A DNA stretch of 59,493 nucleotides, filler included. It is 3 parts of 3 records of this genome, joined end to end, with 100 filler letters (N's around TTAATTAATTAA, not from the genome) between each part and the next. Parts side by side here need not be neighbours in the genome. Positions count along the whole stretch, not along the records: positions 44,832 to 59,493 come from SRR20825019_2538; 2 more parts are not named here. One strand, given 5' to 3'. The stretch's first letter is position 1, and every line of letters begins with the position of its first letter. The notes under the pieces were generated by a model. That model was given only the letters and a program-made list of their open reading frames with translations, did not search any database and was not told the DNA's origin. Shown here piece after piece: positions 56,632 to 59,493 of the stretch. A program made the translations under genes and the position numbers.

Positions 56632-56722
56632 ACCTTTTAAAATAGGGATGAGAGAGAATAACTTTTATTGTGGGGAATGAAAAGGAAAGGAGTAGGGGAA
56701 GAAACGGTGTAAAGGGGATAGA
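56632..56722 (-). promoter_or_regulatory. Polypyrimidine tract plus AG, putative trans-splice acceptor
   Basis: The minus strand reads ..TTTCTTCCCCTACTCCTTTCCTTTTCATTCCCC..TTTTAAAAG GT ATG. Similar tracts lie at ~54014-54048 and ~51491-51535. Confidence 0.55.
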
Positions 56723-56786
56723 GTTGATACCACAATAAACGATCAATTGGAATGACTTTTAATAATAAAATACAATATTAATAATT

Positions 56787-59114
56787 TTAAGCGGAAGGTT
56801 GGTTTGCATTCGATTCTGTTGTAGGGGCACCGTTGATTGTAACAGTGGGATGGGAGGGGAGGACTGCATCTTCCTCATGAACAGTAACGATAGAAGTGGT
56901 TGTTGTTGGAGTCGTCATCTTCATCGGTGCATCGTCAGCAGAAGTAGATGGAGCACCAGTAACCTCACTTGCAGTGTTAGCTGCATTCCGTTGTTGTTGT
57001 AGTTTCTTCTGCTGTCGTACAACGCATCTAACCATGTGGGCCTTCAGGTATCGCCGCTCCGTGAACACCTTGGTACATAGGGTACAGGACAGGTCCAGCT
57101 CCGGCTTAGAGTGGGGCATGTCGTATTGTGGTAATCCTGTTACCAGAGTAGTTGTGTTGACTGATGGGGTTGATGCTGGTGTTGTTGTTGGACCCCCCTC
57201 TCTAACCACTGACCTGGAGCTCACTACCCTCGAAGATACCTCCATGCCGCCACTGCCCCCATCACTACTGGGAGTAGCAGCATGATGTGTACCTTTTTTG
57301 TTGGGCGCGTCGTCTTCGATCTTGATGCCGAAGTCTGGGTTGGGGAATTGTCGGACTGTGTACGATGCAGGTGATGCATGGTGATTGCTATTAAAGCCGT
57401 CGCTTTGTGTACGATTACCCATAAACAGCACACTGGTAGAAGTAGACATCCGGCCGTCATCATCATCCTCTAAATCGCCATCGTCTGTATTGTTGTCACA
57501 CTCATTGATATCTTGCTGCGAGGAGTTTGGGAGTGTGGCGGTGGTGGCAGTGTTGTCGACAGTATTATTGGTGGTGGTGGTGTGACCACCTAGAGTGAAC
57601 CCTGACTGCTCCTCCACAGCCTCTGCCCAGCCAGCAACAGTAAGGGGAGGCAATACAGGAGCGTATGTACGTACCTCCGTGACCTGCGCACGAACTACGG
57701 AGCTCCTATTGGTGTTAGCAGTCCCCCGACCATCGTCGTCATCATCATTATCATCCTCGCCACCCTCGCCACCATTGTTGTCTTGCTCACCACCATCGAC
57801 CCCATCGACCCCATCATCATCACCACCACCAATTCCAACAAAGGGGCAGTGGTATCGTTGGTGGCGTCGCAACTTGGTACGACTACTGAGGGAAGCCTGA
57901 CACAGCCCACACACAAACGACTCCTTGACGGATCGGTGGTGTAGTGTGATGTGCTGTGTCATACTATTCCTCCACACAAACTGTTTATCGCAGAAGGGAC
58001 AGCTAAACAGAGAGGCGGTCGTCAGGGCTATCTCCGCCGCTGTGGAGGAGGCCATATCATCACGGGGCACCGTTGATAGTTCGAATGGTAATCCGAAACG
58101 GAACCTCAATTGGGAATTAGAGGATGTGGCTGGTGCCTGCTGATGCGCATCCTCCTCACTAGCGGTTGTAGTGTGTAAAGAGGTTGCACCTAGTGCTAGT
58201 GGCGAAAGGGGGACAGAAGGCTCAGAAGTGGTGGGGTGTGTAAGGCCGCTTACAGGGGTACATGGTGGTTGTTGGGGTAGTAGGTGGGGGGAGTAGGACA
58301 TCTGGGTGGGCATTACAATTCCAAACGCACCCCTGATACCGGCCCCCTCATCCACCACCTCAAACCCACCCCTCCCTCCTCCAGCAGCCCCACTAAGCTG
58401 GTTAAGAGAGAGTAGGCTAGGGGCATGGTTTAGGCGACTATCAACTGGGTGGCTACGGTGGTGGTGGGACCTCTCTCCATCATCCCCCCCTCCTCCCTCG
58501 AAGTCAGGAGCATCCATCCTCGATCGTTTGTGGCCACCTCCTCCCCTCACACTGCCCCGTATGGGTAGGAAGCTACCAACAGATGTGGCTGCCCCAATAT
58601 CAACCCCATCCTCACTCACACACCCATCATTAATATCATCACCGTCACCCATGTGTCGGGATCGGATGACCGATACCGCGGCCCTGACAGACTCCCGGGT
58701 AGCGCTTACATCTCGTCGAACCTTCCCCGTCTGACCACCGCCCCCTGTCCTAGTAAAGCCCGCCACCACATCCTCGAGAACCGAGGGGGCACATGTCTTT
58801 ACATGACGCTTAAGGTTGGATGAAGTTGTAAAGCGTAGTTGGCACTGTGGACACTCATACGGCCTGGCTGCGGTGTCGCTTGGATCAGCGTGTGTTCGTA
58901 GATGTCGCCTAAAGTTGCTTTTCAGCCCACCCGATGCCACACTTCCAGAGAAGATCTTGGAGCACACAGGGCAGGTAAATTCATCGAGGCCGGTATCGTT
59001 GTTTACTGTATGAGGCGGGAGTGGGGCCGTAGGGTGGAACGGTACTGCACTGGTGGCGGTGGCGGTGGTGGGTGGATGATCCCCCTCCTCACTGTTTACG
59101 AATGCATCATCCAT
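56787..59114 (-). CDS. C2H2/C2HC zinc-finger protein (5 fingers, 2+2+1)
   Basis: CPVC..HLRTH, CPQC..HVKTC, CPFC..HITLHH, CGLC..HQRYHC and CTLC..HMVRC, with an RPYEC linker. Confidence 0.88.
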   Translation of the reverse strand: MDDAFVNSEEGDHPPTTATATSAVPFHPTAPLPPHTVNNDTGLDEFTCPVCSKIFSGSVASGGLKSNFRRHLRTHADPSDTAARPYECPQCQLRFTTSSNLKRHVKTCAPSVLEDVVAGFTRTGGGGQTGKVRRDVSATRESVRAAVSVIRSRHMGDGDDINDGCVSEDGVDIGAATSVGSFLPIRGSVRGGGGHKRSRMDAPDFEGGGGDDGERSHHHRSHPVDSRLNHAPSLLSLNQLSGAAGGGRGGFEVVDEGAGIRGAFGIVMPTQMSYSPHLLPQQPPCTPVSGLTHPTTSEPSVPLSPLALGATSLHTTTASEEDAHQQAPATSSNSQLRFRFGLPFELSTVPRDDMASSTAAEIALTTASLFSCPFCDKQFVWRNSMTQHITLHHRSVKESFVCGLCQASLSSRTKLRRHQRYHCPFVGIGGGDDDGVDGVDGGEQDNNGGEGGEDDNDDDDDGRGTANTNRSSVVRAQVTEVRTYAPVLPPLTVAGWAEAVEEQSGFTLGGHTTTTNNTVDNTATTATLPNSSQQDINECDNNTDDGDLEDDDDGRMSTSTSVLFMGNRTQSDGFNSNHHASPASYTVRQFPNPDFGIKIEDDAPNKKGTHHAATPSSDGGSGGMEVSSRVVSSRSVVREGGPTTTPASTPSVNTTTLVTGLPQYDMPHSKPELDLSCTLCTKVFTERRYLKAHMVRCVVRQQKKLQQQRNAANTASEVTGAPSTSADDAPMKMTTPTTTTSIVTVHEEDAVLPSHPTVTINGAPTTESNANQPSA

Positions 59115-59493
59115 CGGAGCATTTACCTTTTAATTTGTATAGAAATAAAATGTATCAAACTAAACTGACATTATCAAATTTACATGACATGGCATTAAAA
59201 GGGCTGAGTATTTCAAGATTGCGTTTTGAAGAACGAATTTAAAATTGTTTTCTAATTTTATAATATTTCAAGTCATTGTGTACCTCCATTTACAGGGTGT
59301 ACACGTGCTTGCCTTATATTCCCTCTTTGCACTCTTTTCGGTGGGAATAAGATTCTCACTCCCACCAAAAGGAACTGACGCCGGTATATTGTGAATGTTG
59401 TTGTTTTTTTGTTGTCACACACCCCTCCTTGTTTTCTTCCGTTGTGTGCCCTCCCCAATATTGATGATGTGGTATATATGTGTACTATGATGT

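Overview
This window is not one locus. It is three eukaryotic contigs joined by artificial 100-nt spacers (N44-TTAATTAATTAA-N44 at 25921-26020 and 44732-44831). Contigs 1 (1-25920) and 2 (26021-44731) come from an unidentified compact protist genome. They hold 18 protein genes with mostly short (~46-70 nt) GT-AG introns in the standard code, and neighbouring genes almost always alternate strand. Convergent gaps are tiny, while divergent gaps mostly show a GC-rich/AT-core/GC-rich architecture. The genes are an ELO elongase, paladin-like phosphatase, inactive myotubularin, myosin, secreted H-type lectin, amino-acid transporter, OXNAD1-like reductase, Mgm101, LRR multi-pass receptor-like protein, secreted SE-repeat protein, ricin-EGF-cystatin-dead papain fusion, kinesin, VAP, glyoxalase, DUF202 protein, KAT14-like GNAT, EF-hand mitochondrial carrier and DsbA-like protein. 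Contig 3 (44832-59493) looks like a different organism. It has long intronless low-complexity ORFs, all on the minus strand, with polypyrimidine-AG acceptors in several gaps, consistent with a kinetoplastid-type polycistronic cluster (C2H2 zinc-finger protein, NEK kinase, two large hypotheticals). The best leads are the multi-domain secreted pseudo-cathepsin, the promoter architecture with its ATTACGA core motif, a TGATGA/CTGA cluster at 42.9-43.6 kb, Mgm101 with an extra C-terminal module, the LRR receptor-like protein and an anomalously long structured VAP intron. I recognised no rRNA, tRNA, CRISPR array or mobile element. Family calls are from motif recognition by eye; no database search was run.
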